This document shows positions 36,460 to 48,684 of a stretch of 64,000 nucleotides of DNA, one piece after another. Position 1 is the stretch's first letter; every line of letters begins with the position of its first letter. Source of the stretch: Mobula hypostoma (taxonomy: Eukaryota). The notes beneath the pieces were generated by a model. The model did not search any database, had not been told where the DNA came from, and worked only from the letters and a program-made list of their open reading frames with translations. The stretch lies in contig NC_086097.1 in assembly GCF_963921235.1 (NCBI RefSeq), positions 182,778,001-182,842,000 of the forward strand. The letters run 5' to 3'. Position numbers and translations under genes: made by a program.

Positions 36460-37518
36460 CTTCATTCATCCCGGGGGAAACTGATTTTCGTTACAGTTGC
36501 ACCATAAATAATAAATAGTAATAAAACCATAAATAGTTAAATAGTAATATGTAAATTATGCCAGTAAATTATGAAATAAGTCCAGGACCAGCCTATCGGC
36601 TCAGGGTGTCTGACCCTCCAAGGGAGCAGTTGTAAAGTTTGATGGCCACAGGCAGGAATGACTTCCTATGATGCTCTGTGCTGCATCTCGGTGGAATGAG
36701 TCTCTGGCTGAATGTACTCCTGTGCCCACCCAGTACATTATGTAGTGGATGGGAGACATTGACCAAGATGGCATGCAACTTAGACAGCATCCTCTTTTCA
36801 GACACCACCGTGAGAGAGTCCAGTTCCATCCCCACAACATCACTGGCCTTACGAATGAGTTTGTTGATTCTGTTGGTGTCTGCTACCCTCAGCCTGCTGC
36901 CCCAGCACACAACAGCAAACATGATAGCAATGGCCACCACAGACTCGTAGAACATCCTCAGCATCGTCCGACAGATGATAAAGGACCTCAGTCTCCTCAG
37001 GAAATAGAGACGGCTCTGACCCTTCTTGTAGACAGCCTCAGTGTTCTTTGACCAGTCCAGTTTATTGTCAATTCATATCCCTAGATATTTGTAATCCTCC
37101 ACCATGTTCACACTGACCCCCTGTATGGAAACAGGGGTCACCGGTACCTTAGCTCTCCTCAGGTCTACCACCAGCTCCTTAGTCTTTTTCACATTAAGCT
37201 GCAGATAATTCTGCTCACACCATGTGACAAAGTTTCCTACCGTAGCCCTGTACTCAGCCTCATGTCCCTTGTTGATGCATCCAACTATGGCAGAGTCATC
37301 CGAAAACTTCTGAAGATGACAAGACTGTGCAGTAGTTGAAGTCCGAGGTGTAAATGGTGAAGAGAAAGGGAGACAAGACAGTCCCCTGTGGAGCCCTAGT
37401 GCTGCTGATCACTCTGTCGGACACACAGTGTTGCAAGCACACGTATTGTGGTCTGCCAGTCAGGTAATCAAGAATCCATGATACCAAGAAAGCATCCACC
37501 TGCATCACTGTCAGCTTC
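36460..37518 (-). mobile_element. Rex1/Babar-like LINE, 5'-truncated
   Basis: WILDYLTGRPQYV...APQGTVLSPFLFTIYTSD and MLRMFYESVVAIAIMFAVVCWG...NKLIRKAS...SFLPVAIKLYN. Confidence 0.85.
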
Positions 37519-37758
37519 TACCCTCCTGTCCACTGATCCCTCACTTGTGGCTAAGCAAGATACAAACATCTCTGCCAGGATCCCATAAACCAGCTCCTCT
37601 GCTTCTCAAAAGGTCCCAAGGTCAGAATACAGGGATTTCTTTGATCAGGGTTTTGGATTAGGGCTTTACTTTTGGTTTGAAGGTTCGGGGTTAGGGTTTA
37701 TGAGTTTGTCTCCTCTGGAGTTGGGGTTGAAGTGCTTCAGGATCTTGCTATGTTCCAG

Positions 37759-37944
37759 GCACTGGTGTGATCGGACTGTGCGGGAGTCTCGGCTGGAGAG
37801 AGTGTCTGGGCCAGAAAGAGCTCGAGTGCCCTGCGTGGGGCTCTCTCACTATGTCCAGCAGGGCTGGAGCCTGGACCGGGAGTGGATGCGGAGAGTCCAA
37901 GGGGGACCCCAGGGCTCACCCCCCACCACCTGCTTCATTCACAG
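37759..37944 (+). CDS. SSPO: SCO-spondin coding exon 2 (EMI domain, N-terminal part)
   Basis: TTCCAG acceptor. HWCDRTVRESRLERVSGPERARVPCVGLSHYVQQGWSLD...TTCFIH resembles the SSPO pattern RWCE..VPC..L.HY...GW.LD. Donor GTGGGT; phase 2-2. Confidence 0.9.
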
Positions 37945-38039
37945 GTGGGTTAGAGGAGAGGGCGTGGCTTCCACAGTCAAAACACTGACACCCGTCTCTG
38001 CGACCCAGCCTGCCCTGAACCACCCTTCCACCAGTGACT

Positions 38040-38645
38040 TCCCCCACCTCACTGGTGGCCCTTGCAGCCCCCTATCTCACTGATTGCCCATGCACCCCCC
38101 ACCTCTGGTGGCCCCTGCAGCCCCCCCAGCTCACTAGTGGCCCCTGCAGCCCCCCCTCCAGCTCACTGGTGGCCCCTGCAGCCCCCCCAGCTCACTGGTG
38201 GCCCCTGCACCCCCCCACCTCACTGGTGGCCCTGCAGCCCCCCCCACCTCACTGGTGGCCCCTGCAGCCCCCCCCCACCTCACTGGTGGCCCCTGCAGCC
38301 CCCCCGCCACCTCACTGGTGGCCCCTGCAGCCTCCCGCCACCTCACTGGTGGCCCCTGCAGCCCTCCCCACCTCACTGGTGGCCCCTGCACCCCCCCATC
38401 CCTAATGGCCCCAGCAGCCCCCCCACCTCACTGGTGGCCCCTGCACCCCCCCATCCCTGATGGCCCCAGCAGCCCCCCCACCTCACTGGTGGCCCCTGAA
38501 CCCCCCCACCTCTGATGGCCCCTGCACCCCCCACCTCTGATGGCCCCTGCACCCCCCACCTCTGATGGCCCCTGTACCCCCCTACCTCACTGGTGGCCTC
38601 TGCAGCCCCCCCGCACCTCACTGGTGGCCCCTGCAGCCCCCACCT
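38040..38645 (+). repeat. C-rich minisatellite, ~28-31 nt unit (CACCTCACTGGTGGCCCCTGCAGCCCCCC)
   Basis: About 20 tandem variants are directly visible. Confidence 0.93.
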
Positions 38646-38919
38646 CAGGTTTCCCTTGCATTCCCCCCTCCCGTCACAGGTAGCTCCTGTCCTCTCCACA
38701 CTGGGTGGCCTCTCCCCACCCCTCTGGTGATCCCAGCTCTGCCAGTGACCCCTCACCCCTGCCAGTAACCTTTGCCTCTTCCCCACCAGTGACACCACTG
38801 ACCACTGGTGACCCCTGCCCTCGCAGATGACATCAGCCCTCCCACCTTTACCCACCACTGCCAGTTTGGTGTGAAGCCATCCCCAGCTCCATGAGCTCTG
38901 TCCTTCTCTCTTGACACAG

Positions 38920-39002
38920 GGCGGCGGAGATGCGTGTGGTATGGTCAAACCGTACGGTGGTGTCCTGCTGTGATGGATCTCCTGGGCTGCAGTGTACCGA
39001 GG
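38920..39002 (+). CDS. SSPO: SCO-spondin coding exon 3 (EMI domain, C-terminal part)
   Basis: ACACAG acceptor. AAEMRVVWSNRTVVSCCDGSPGLQCTE matches the pattern NRTV..CC.G..G..CTE. Donor GTGAGT; phase 2-1. Confidence 0.9.
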
Positions 39003-39099
39003 GTGAGTGGACAGCAGTGCAGACAACAGTGACCTCTCACCCCAGACCACCAGTAAAAATGCAGAATGACATTGACTGTTCACAGGATTCTCTGACCCA

Positions 39100-40165
39100 G
39101 TTTATTGTGGGCTGAGGATTGGCAAATGGATTATAATCTGGATAAATGCAAGGTGTTGCCTTTATGGAGTTAAATCCAGGTCGAACTTTCACAGTGAATG
39201 GTAGGTGACTGTGCAGTGTTATAGATCAGCGGTACATTGGAGTACCAGTGCATGGTTCCCTGAAAGTGGAGTTACACCGAGCCAGGAGTAGTGAAGAAAG
39301 CTTCATTAGTCAGGACATTGAGTCAAAAAGTTGGGAAGTTATGTTGTGGTTGTTCAGGACTTTAGTGAGGCCACACTTGGAATAGTTGTTCAGTTCTGGT
39401 CACCCTGCGATGGAAAAAATGTTATTAAACTGGAAGGAGTGCAGAAAACATTTACAAGGGATTTTCCAGGACTTGAGCTCCTTCATGGATGGCCTCCAGC
39501 CTGGCTATGAAATGAGGAGGGTTGGGCACGAGGGTGGCAACCCCATCCCACAAAAACCCAGAGCTACAGAAATGCCAACAGAAACTCATTTCTGGGAGAG
39601 GAAGGATACGCCAGGAAGATGGACTACACCTGGGAACAACTTGAAAGACTGACCCAGGACAGAGGACTCTGGTGAATACTGTCAGCGGTCTATGCCCCAG
39701 TAGGGGTGATGGGCTTAGTGCAAATAATGCATGTCAGGACTTGAGGGACTGAGTTATAGAGAGAGGTTGGCTAGGCTAGGGCTTTGTTCCTTGGAACATA
39801 AGAAAATAAGAATTGATCTTATAGAGATGTATAAAGTCATGAGGGGCATAGAGAAAGTGAGAGCACTCAGTCCTTTCCACAGGATTTGGGAATCAAAAAT
39901 TAGGGCACACAGGCTTGAGGTGAGAGATTTAATAGGAACCTGGGAAGCAACTTTTTTACCCAGAAGGTGGTGGGTATATGGAATGAGCTGCCAGAGGAAG
40001 TGGTAAAGACAAGTGCAATTACATTTAAAAGACTCATGGATGGGTACATGGATAGGAAAGGTTTAGAGGGATGTGAGCCAAACGTAAGCAACCGGGACTA
40101 GCTCAGGAAGACACTTTGGTCAGCATGGACAGGTTGGGCCGAAGGGCCTGTTTCTGTTTGACTGT
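39100..40165 (+). mobile_element. Degraded CR1-like LINE 3' part, with an internal RTE-like fragment (~39480-39720)
   Basis: GLEGLSYRERLARLGLCSLE...DLIEMYKVMRG, plus the family's 3' end TGGGCCGAAGGGCCTGTTTC. Confidence 0.7.
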
Positions 40166-40654
40166 ATGACAGGATACACCTTGTCACGCTCTGGAATTTA
40201 TCCACCCTTCTGCATTTCCTCATATCACTGCTCCCCTCTGTGGATCTCAGCGGCTTCTATGTCCTTCTCCACGGTAAATACAAAGATGATTCTTGGAGAG
40301 GCCGATCCTGTAGAGCCATGGAGAAGAGGGAGCAGGGTGGAGCAATAACAGTGTGATAGACAGAGTGGAAAATCTTCTTTCATGCTACCTCATAATGATT
40401 GTACTGCTCCTCGACCTCAAACTGGCAGTAACCTATAACTCCACAGACACAGACCTGCTCCTGGACCATGACCTCCACGGAAATTGTCTTCTGACTTCAG
40501 ACCACGAATAACCAATAGTCCTATGGTTACTGACCATTGTGGACACCTGAACACCACACAGCTCTTGTTCTGACCCTCAGACTTCTGACTGGTGGGTATT
40601 ACCCACCTCTGCTCTCAGCTCACCATGGTGACGCTGTTGTATTATCTGTTGCAG

Positions 40655-40825
40655 ACGCGCCTTTCCTGGGTCGTTGCTACACTTCGTGGAATTGCCAGGA
40701 ATTTCCTGGAATCAGCAACAGTTCTGACGTCTCGATGGAGAGTTGTTGCCAGGAATTGTTGGGTCACAGCTGGAGGAACACCTCCTCGGGCTTCTGCGTC
40801 TCCTGTTCCCACACCATCCTGACAG
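40655..40825 (+). CDS. SSPO: SCO-spondin coding exon 4 (Cys-rich region after EMI)
   Basis: TTGCAG acceptor. APFLGRCYTSWNCQ...MESCCQELLGHSWRN...CVSCSH. Donor GTCAGC; phase 1-1. Confidence 0.9.
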
Positions 40826-41908
40826 GTCAGCAGCCAGTCACCATCGCCGCGTGTCGCGGTATGCCAGTGCAGGGCTGTGTGAGTTCACCTTGCACTTTCG
40901 GTCTACGGGTTGATAAACTGGTTCATTGTCATCACAGGTACAGAGGTACAGTGAAAAACATGTCCTACATACTTCACATACAGATCCAGTCATTACATAA
41001 GGCATTGAGGTGGCACAACAACAGGGTGCAGAATGAAGTGTAACAGCTTGGGGAAAATGCAGTGCGAGCACACAGTATGATGCAAGGGCCACAATGAGGT
41101 ACAGTCTTGAACCGTTCAATAGTCTTTATACCGGCAGGATAGAAGCTGTCCTTGAGCCTAGTGTTACGTGATTTCAAGCATTTGTATCTTCTGCCCAATG
41201 GCCTTCATTGCTGGAGGGATTGAATTAAGAGCAGGGAGGTTATGCTACAATAATACAGGGTACCGTTGAGGCCATGCCTGGAGTACTGCATGCTGTTCTG
41301 GTCTCCTTACTCAAGAAAAGATATACTGGCTTTGGAGGTGGTGCAGAGGCGGTCATCAGGTTGATTATGGAGATGAGGGGATTAGCCTATGAAGAGAGAC
41401 TGAGTCACCTGGAACAATGCTTGCTGGAATACAAAAGAATTAGAGGGCTATGGGTAACCCTAGTAATTACTAAGGTAGGGACATGTTTGGCACAGCTTTG
41501 TGGGCCGAAGGGCCTGTATTGTGCTGTAGGTTTTCTATGTTTCTCATAAGAGGGATTTATAGAAACATAAAATTATGAAAGGGGTAGATAAGATAGAGAC
41601 AGGGCAGTTGGTTCCATTGGTAGGTAGCTTTAGGGTGGAGATGAGGAAAAACTGTTTTTCCCGGGAGAGTAGTGAATCTGTGGAATTCCCTACTCGGGGA
41701 AGTAGTAGTGGCTCCTCATTAAATATATTTAAGACATAGTTAGATGGATATTCGCTTAGCATGGGGATTAAGAGTTGTGTGGAAAAGGCAGGTTAGCCAT
41801 GATCTTATTGAATGGTGGAGCTGGCTCTCTGGCTCACTCCTCCTCCTAGCTCTTGTGTTCTAATGCCTGTCTGGGGGAGCGGGGTGGAATAGAGTCTTTA
41901 ATTGTGTT

Positions 41909-42018
41909 ACACACGCACAAAATTGCTGGTGAACACAGTGGGCCAGGCAGCATCTATAGGAAGAGGTACAGTCGATGTTTTGGGCTGGGACCCTTCGTCA
42001 GGACTCAATTTGTCAGGA
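41909..42018 (-). mobile_element. Penelope-type / hammerhead-motif short element (copy c) with 13-bp TSD
   Basis: TSD CTTTAATTGTGTT at 41896-41908 and 42019-42031. Minus strand reads AGTCCTGACGAAGGGTCCCAGCCCAAAACATCGACT, with GAAA mutated to AAAA. Confidence 0.85.
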
Positions 42019-42589
42019 CTTTAATTGTGTTGGCTGCTTTACTAAGGCAGCGAGACTGTAGACAGAGTCCATGGAGGGGGGCTGGTGTTCTGATCTTCTG
42101 CAGCCCCACTGTGCACAAACACAAAAGCTCACCTTGAAGCAAGGAGAGTTGTGTCCTGGTTCACCATTCATACAGAGTACTGGGTACCTACAGAGAGTAG
42201 TTAAGAAAGCAAGCAACATGTTGTCATTTGAGACCTCACCTGTATATGCTGAGGAGGACTTTGTAGAACTCAGAATTCAGAGGATGGCGGTGGGGGTGGA
42301 GGGGATGCAGAAATTCTGTAACAACAGCATCAAAGAGGGGACGATATGTGTCTGAGAGTGCTTCAATATGGATAAATGCCCAGAACCAGATGGGATGTAA
42401 CTCAGGCTGCTGTGGGAGGCAAGGGAAGAGTCTGACAGATAACTAGAGAACAGCAAGTGCGGTTCTTTTATTCAGGAAAAGCAGGGATAAGGCAGGTAAT
42501 TACAGGTTTGTGAGTCTAATGTCAGTGGGGAAATTATTGGACCAAATTCTGAGGAACAAGATTAATCTATACTTGGAAAGAGAAGATTT

Positions 42590-42714
42590 AAACAAAGAGG
42601 AGATGCTGCAATCTGGAGTAACAAAAATCTTTTGGAGGAACTCAGCAGGTCGAGTAGCATCTGTAGGAAGAAAGGAATTGTCAACGTTTTGGGTTGAAAT
42701 CCTGCCTCAGGACT
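42590..42714 (-). mobile_element. Older Penelope-type / hammerhead-motif short element (copy d)
   Basis: GGAGGAACTCAGCAGGTCGAGTAGCATCTGT...TGTCAACGTTTTGGGTTGAAATCCTGCCTCAGGACT; the core is degenerate. Confidence 0.7.
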
Positions 42715-43815
42715 AAAGACATGATGGTCAGAATGGCTTTATTCAGAGGGATCGTCTGACCAGTTTGAATTTTTCAAAGAGATAACAAAGTGTATTGAGG
42801 GGACCAGTGCAGTTGTCCATATAGACTTCAGTGAGGCCTTGACTGGGATTGAAAAATCCTAGCTGTGAGGAGGATAGTCCAGGCTGGGGTGTTGTGGATT
42901 GAGGGAAGATGTAGTTAGAGTGTATAATGAAGAGAGCGCTCCCTAGATGGAGAGAAAGAACTGGTACCCATTTACTGAGAGCGCAGTACACCATCAGGAT
43001 TGGAGTTAGAGGACAGTCGAGGAATTTAAAAGCACTCAGTTCATTAGCTGGGTACATATAAGAGCAGTAGTTAGGTCACAGCTGGAGTACTGAGTACAGT
43101 TCTTGATGCTACACTACAGGAATGATGTGGTTGTACTGGATTCACCAGGATGTTGTCTGGGACGGAGTGTTTCAATTACAAGGAGAGACTGGAGAGGGTG
43201 GATCTGTTCTCCCTGGAGTGGAGGGGACTGAGTGTAGATTTCCTCTATCCACCTGATGGAGGTGTACAACATTATGAGAACCAAAGGACCTGATTCTGTG
43301 CTGTGTGACTCTGTGAGATTCATTGCTGGTGGAGGAGGCACTTCACCAGCACTGGGTGAATTTTTCACATAGTGATAGGCACACAGAAGGCACTGTTGGG
43401 GCTGGTGGTTGAGGCTGATACTCCAGAGACTTTTAAGAGACTCTTAGAAAGACATATTTATAAAAGAAAAATGGAGATTTCTGGGTTATGTAGGAGACTG
43501 ATCGTGGAGTAGGTTTATATAGGTTTACACAGCATTGTGAGCCAAAAGGTCTGTAATGTGCTGCACTGTTCTGCGGGTTAGGTAGCCAACAAGCTGAGAT
43601 CAGATGGGGTTGATGCCAGAACTGGGAAATAGGACACACCCAAGGGCTGGCTTGGCCTCGGATAGGTTAGATTGGCCGAATGCTTCTGCTTATGCCGGAA
43701 TTTATAACAATTCTGCTGGGTGATGTTCTTGGTTGGTGGGCAGTGTGGGAGCAGGCTGCCCAGGGAGGGTGTGTCCCACACCAACCAAGCACTGTCTGTC
43801 TCTCTCTGTCCACAG

Positions 43816-44051
43816 AGGCTCTGTCCACTCCGCTGCTGCTCAGGCCAGTCGCCCTGCTTGGTTCGTCCAAAGACCACCGGCTCTCTGCTTCCTGCCTCAC
43901 CTGGGGCGGTTTCCATTACCGAACCTTTGATGGAAAACACTTCCACTTCGATGGGACCTGCACCTATAACCTGGCCTCGTCGCTAGATGGAACCTGGGCC
44001 ATCTACCTGTCCACCAGCAGCTGTCCCAGACCAAGGAGGGAGTGTTCAAAG
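43816..44051 (+). CDS. SSPO: SCO-spondin coding exon 5 (start of VWD1)
   Basis: CCACAG acceptor. SASCLTWGGFHYRTFDGKHFHFDGTCTYNLASSLDGTWAIYL. Donor GTCAGT; phase 1-0. Confidence 0.95.
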
Positions 44052-44348
44052 GTCAGTTGCGACCTTGTTCTCTTGACTTATGGGGGGGGGGGTCACATTC
44101 AGACATTGTGGGGTCATTCCAAAAACCTGACCGCATCTCCATTCCCGGAACTTGACCCCATCCTTATTCCCTATTCCTCATTCCTCAACCCGTTCCCTTC
44201 AACCTGATCCCTTTAGAAATCTTGCTCCATCTCCTGCATCTTTTTCCTGTCCCTCACCCCCCTTTCCCCCACCCATCCCACCCTCACCTTTCCCCCTCTC
44301 CCCTACCCCTTGCTCTCCCACTCACTCATCCTGCTGCTGTATTCCCAG

Positions 44349-44451
44349 GTGCTGCGGATTATGTTCGGTTTGGACCTGATCTTGACACAGAATCAAACTG
44401 TGATCGTCAATGATGTTGTACTCACTCCGGGGAGGCCCTATCTTCACAATG
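44349..44451 (+). CDS. SSPO: SCO-spondin coding exon 6 (VWD1)
   Basis: TCCCAG acceptor. VLRIMFGLDLILTQNQTVIVNDVVLTPGRPYLHN. Donor GTGAGT; phase 0-1. Confidence 0.92.
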
Positions 44452-44619
44452 GTGAGTCTCTGCCACACTCTGTTCTGTGGCAAAGAGAGAACCACTTAGT
44501 GCATTGAGTCGGTGCCAGCTCCCACTACAAGAATCCTATCGGTACCCTCCCTGCTCTTCATACCCTCTCTGCCCAGTTCCATTCTCCTGGCCCTGCTGCA
44601 TTCTGCTTCCTGTCACATC

Positions 44620-45110
44620 CTCACAGTGGCTTCCTTGTAGATGCACTCATGTGGGGAGGGCTGTACCTTTGATGGACAGGGCCGTATCCACAACACTGGC
44701 CTTTCTTTTCATGGACATTTGGTGTTTCCATACCAGCTTGTGATGCAATCAGTCAGTATACTCCTCCCCACACATCTATAGAGGCTGTCAAAGTTTTAAA
44801 CGACGTACTGAATCTTTGCAAACTTCTAATAAAGTGGAGGTGCTGCCATGTTTTCTTTGTAATGGCACTTGTGTGCCGGACCCAGGACAGGTTTGCTGAA
44901 ATTTAACACTAAGGAATTTCAAGTTGTTGGTCCTCTTCACCTCTGATCCCCCAATGAGGACTGGCTCATGGGCCTCTGGTTTCCTCCTCCTGTCGTCGGT
45001 AATCAGCTCCTTGGTCCTGCCGACACTGAGTGAGAGGTTGTCGTTGTGACTACTCAGCCAGACTTTCAGTCTCCCTCCTATATGCTGATTTGTCAACACC
45101 ATGAATTCTG
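44620..45110 (-). mobile_element. Degraded Rex1-like LINE fragment
   Basis: Minus-strand NLSLSVGRTKELITDDRR...PVLIGGSEVKRTNNLKFL. Confidence 0.7.
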
Positions 45111-45336
45111 CCAACAAAAGTTCAATCCGAAATGTTCTCAAGCTGTGGCGTTTAATCAAAGCGTTCGGTAAATCCAAATACCCCTGGCCTCTGGCTCCCT
45201 CTTGTCTACTCTGGTGGGTTTGGAGGTGCTTGGCTGAAGAGCCCATTTGTGTGGTGTAAACACTGGGTCTCCCTCTCTGTGTCTGTCTCTCTCCCCACCC
45301 CTCCCTGATGATATGACCAGTGAGTTTGTTCTGCAG

Positions 45337-45495
45337 GGATCAGCGTTCGCTGGCTGGGGGATTTTATTTTCCTGGAGAGCGGGCTCGGGGTGCGTTTGAA
45401 ACTGGATGGAGACCAACTGGTGTTGGTGACGGTGACTTCAGAACTGAGGGGAACGACTCAGGGACTGTGTGGAGTCTACAATGACGTTGCAGAAG
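45337..45495 (+). CDS. SSPO: SCO-spondin coding exon 7 (VWD1)
   Basis: CTGCAG acceptor. ISVRWLGDFIFLESGLGVRLKLDG...ELRGTTQGLCGVYNDVAE. Donor GTGAGT; phase 1-1. Confidence 0.95.
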
Positions 45496-45979
45496 GTGAG
45501 TGTGAGGCAGCTTCGGGGCACCAAAGTGCAGGCTGTGGGACTGAGTTAGCTCACTCAACCACAGCAGCCCTGTCACAGAAGGAGAACAATTGTTGGTTTG
45601 GCTCCCATCCCTAATCCTATCTCCCCATCTGGGACCTGTGTTCCTGTGAGTCATGGCTCCTTACGGACAGTCACAGGTCCAGGAGCAATGTGATGTGGTC
45701 GCTGGCTCTCCCACCCTGTCAGAGGACCTCCTCAAGCAGCTGATTTCTCTTACCCTTATTTACTTACCTGAGCCCTTAGCTCCCAGTGGAGAGAGGCCAT
45801 CCATGATCTTCCGTCTGCATTGTCCTCTGAAAGTGTTGACGTGGTTGGAGTTCATCAGTGCTTCTGCAATCCACTGTATCCACTGTACAGACATTGGCCC
45901 ATACAGTTCACCAGAGCCCTGCTGGCTGGCCTTACCTGTTCCTACCTCTCATCACAGGGACGTCGGTTTGCACTTTGAG

Positions 45980-46340
45980 AGGCAATTCCTCATTTCTACC
46001 ACCCTCTATCTTGAAAAACTTGTCCTCAGATCCTCTTAAAATCTTCTCCCTCTCACCTTAAACTCTGATTGTACACGTCTACCCAGGGAAAAAGGCTGTG
46101 ACCATCCACTTTATCTGTGTCCACCTTGATTTTATAAGCCTCTGTAAAGTCACCCCTCGACCTCCTTTATCCAATGAAAACAGCACTAGACGATCCAGCT
46201 TCTCTGTATAGCTCAAGTCCTTCAGTCCCGGTAATACCTTTGTGAATCTTTTCTGCACTCTTTCCAGCTTAACGACATCCTGCCTGTGGCTGGGCAACCA
46301 GAACTGCACATGACACTTCGTGTGACCTCAGCAATGACCT
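45980..46340 (-). mobile_element. CR1-like LINE 3' fragment
   Basis: VQFWLPSHRQDVVKLERVQKRFTKVLPGLKDLSY. Confidence 0.75.
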
Positions 46341-46996
46341 TAATATTGTAACACCCTTTTTGTTTTCAAACATACAAACGTATATTCACTCACAGAAGTA
46401 TATACGATAATCTGAGGCTCACAAAACTATTAAAGATTTCAAGTTAAAATATGAATACAATTATCCCCAAAACACTCCATATCCTGTGGGTGGGGGGGGG
46501 GGTCCCACCATTTTTGGAACTTCTCCACTGTGCCCATAGAAACCACATGCTCCTTCTTCAAGGACACCTGGGTGAGGACACAGCCCAGAAAAGAGGCACA
46601 GTGAGGTCAGCCATAGCCCTTGACTGCCCACTGCCTGGACCTGTGAACAACCACCTTGGAGCTATTCCCAGGAGCAGGCTGACCAGGAGGTTACTCCAAA
46701 CGCCCCATCCCTTACCGTACAGGGTGACCATAGGTCAGGAGCGTGGGGCTGAAGTGCGGTCAGAACTTGAGAAGTAGCCCTTTAGATATTCAAGTAGGGG
46801 ATTGCACCCACCCCTTGTAGCTCCACACGTAGATGACCACCCTAATCCCTAAGGGGGCCTATTCCCTCCCCAGTGCTTGGTAACTTGTTAAATCGGGTTA
46901 TTGTTGTTCCTTGTAGCAAGGTGCAAGACAAGGTCATTTACACAGTGCATTGAGGCAGGATAAGGTAGAACAATAACAGTGCTGATGAAGTGCAAC

Positions 46997-47234
46997 CACA
47001 AACCAGAGAAAATCTGCAGATGCTGGAAATCCGAGCAACACACACAAAATGCTGGAGGACCTCAACAGGCCAGGCAGCATCTATGGAAAAGAGTAAACAG
47101 CTGACATTTCGAGCCAAGATTGATGAAGACCCGTTCTGATGAAGGGTCTCGGCCTGAAATGTCGACTGTTTATTCTTTTCCATTGATGCTCCCTGGCCTG
47201 TTGAGTTCCTCTAGCATTTTGTGTGTGTTGCAGA
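46997..47234. mobile_element. Inverted-dimer Penelope-type / hammerhead-motif element (copy e)
   Basis: Imperfect inverted arms. The + arm reads CTGATGA-AGGGTCTCGGCCT-GAAATGTC-GAC at 47136-47166. TSD-like ATGAAGTGCAAC (46985-46996) / ATGAAGTGTAAC (47235-47246). Confidence 0.88.
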
Positions 47235-47769
47235 ATGAAGTGTAACAGTTACAGAGAAAGTGCAGTGGAGGTAAACAAGGTGGAAGGTCATAAGGAGGTA
47301 TACCATGAGACCATGTTATTGTGTAAAGCCTGATGGTTTGTACATCCTGTCTATTGGGAGAGGGGACAGGGGAGCAGAGAGGATGTCCAGGGTGGGTGGG
47401 GCCTTTGATTCTGCTGGCTGCTTCACCAAAGCAGTCAGATATGTAGACAGAGTTCATGGAAGGAGACCATTTTCCATGGTGTGCTGGGCTGTGTCCACAA
47501 CACTCTGCATTTTCTTGTGGTGACAGGCAGAGCAACTGCATACCAAGCTGTGATGTACCCAGATAGGATGCTTTGTATGGTGTATCCTGTGGAATCTGTA
47601 CTCCAGGTGACTCAGGCACTCCTAGCTCCACCCACCCACTCCCGACCTCTTCTTTCCTCCCCTCTGCTTCCTGCAGGCCCCTCCCCTCTCCTCTCCTGGG
47701 TGTTAGGTGTGGTGGTGGGGATTGGGAGTTCTCTGCCTGACCCCACCTTCTCTATATTCTCTTCCACAG

Positions 47770-47855
47770 ATGATTTCACCACTGTCTCGGGATCCCTGAC
47801 CTCCATCGCTGCCACGTTCGGCAACTCCTGGAGAGTCTCCCAGTCTGAGCCTGAG
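47770..47855 (+). CDS. SSPO: SCO-spondin coding exon 8 (end of VWD1)
   Basis: CCACAG acceptor. DDFTTVSGSLTSIAATFGNSWRVSQSEPE. Donor GTAATG; phase 1-0. Confidence 0.95.
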
Positions 47856-48561
47856 GTAATGTCACCCATCCCTGAGGGAGGAGCTGCAGAGTGTATGGGG
47901 AGCCGCTTGGTGTTTGGGGGAGGGGGGGTGTTATGTTTCTCATGGATCATTGTTGGGGAGTCAGTGACCTGGAAACGGGGTGTGGGGTAGGCTGTTCAAG
48001 GCTTAGTGCTGGGGGTGGGCAGCTGTGGGGTTAGGGATCAGCATCAGGCATTCCGAGTCACTATTGGAGTCAGTGGTCACTAATGGATCAGGATCAGTAC
48101 CGGAGATGGGGTGGGGGGGTGGTCAGGGGTCATATTGGGGTCAGGAATCAGCCAGGGATTCCTGATCACCACAGAGTTTCAGGGGTTGTGATTAAATGTT
48201 AAGGTGCAAGGGTCAACAATGTGTTCAGGGTGGGGGATCTTGGTCACGGGTCAAGATTTGAAGATCATTGAGAGGGATTCAGGTATCATCAGGGGTCAAG
48301 GATTGGGAATAATTGTCATTGCTCACTGGGGTCAGGATTCGGGATGGGGTTCAAAGATCATGGTCTGGGATCAGTGTTTAAAGGTGTGTGTTGGGGTCGG
48401 GATATGGGGATGAGTGTTAGGGTCAGGAGTCACTGGAGTCAGGGGTTAGGGGGTCAGGGTGCAGGGTTTAGCATTGGGTTCAGGGGATCAGAGTTCAGGG
48501 ATTACTATCGTGGGTGAAGAGGTCGGGAATCTAGGCTCTCTGACCTGCTGTGTTGTTTCAG

Positions 48562-48684
48562 GTCTGCGATGAAGCCTCGGAGCCCAATGTGGGTTGTGAT
48601 GCTCAGGACCCAGGTCTTCCTCCATCTGCAAAGTCCATGTGTGACCGCCTCCTCTCCCTACCATTCACCGAGTGCCATGCACAG
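48562..48684 (+). CDS. SSPO: SCO-spondin coding exon 9 (C8, N-terminal part)
   Basis: TTTCAG acceptor. VCDEASEPNVGCD...AKSMCDRLLSLPFTECHAQ. Donor GTAACG; phase 0-0. Confidence 0.93.

Larger units (their letters stand above)
41200..43700 (+). mobile_element. Cluster of degraded CR1-like LINE fragments with nested short elements
   Basis: MRGLAYEERLSHL and SLMSVGKLLDQILRNKINLYLE remnants; many indels. Confidence 0.65.
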
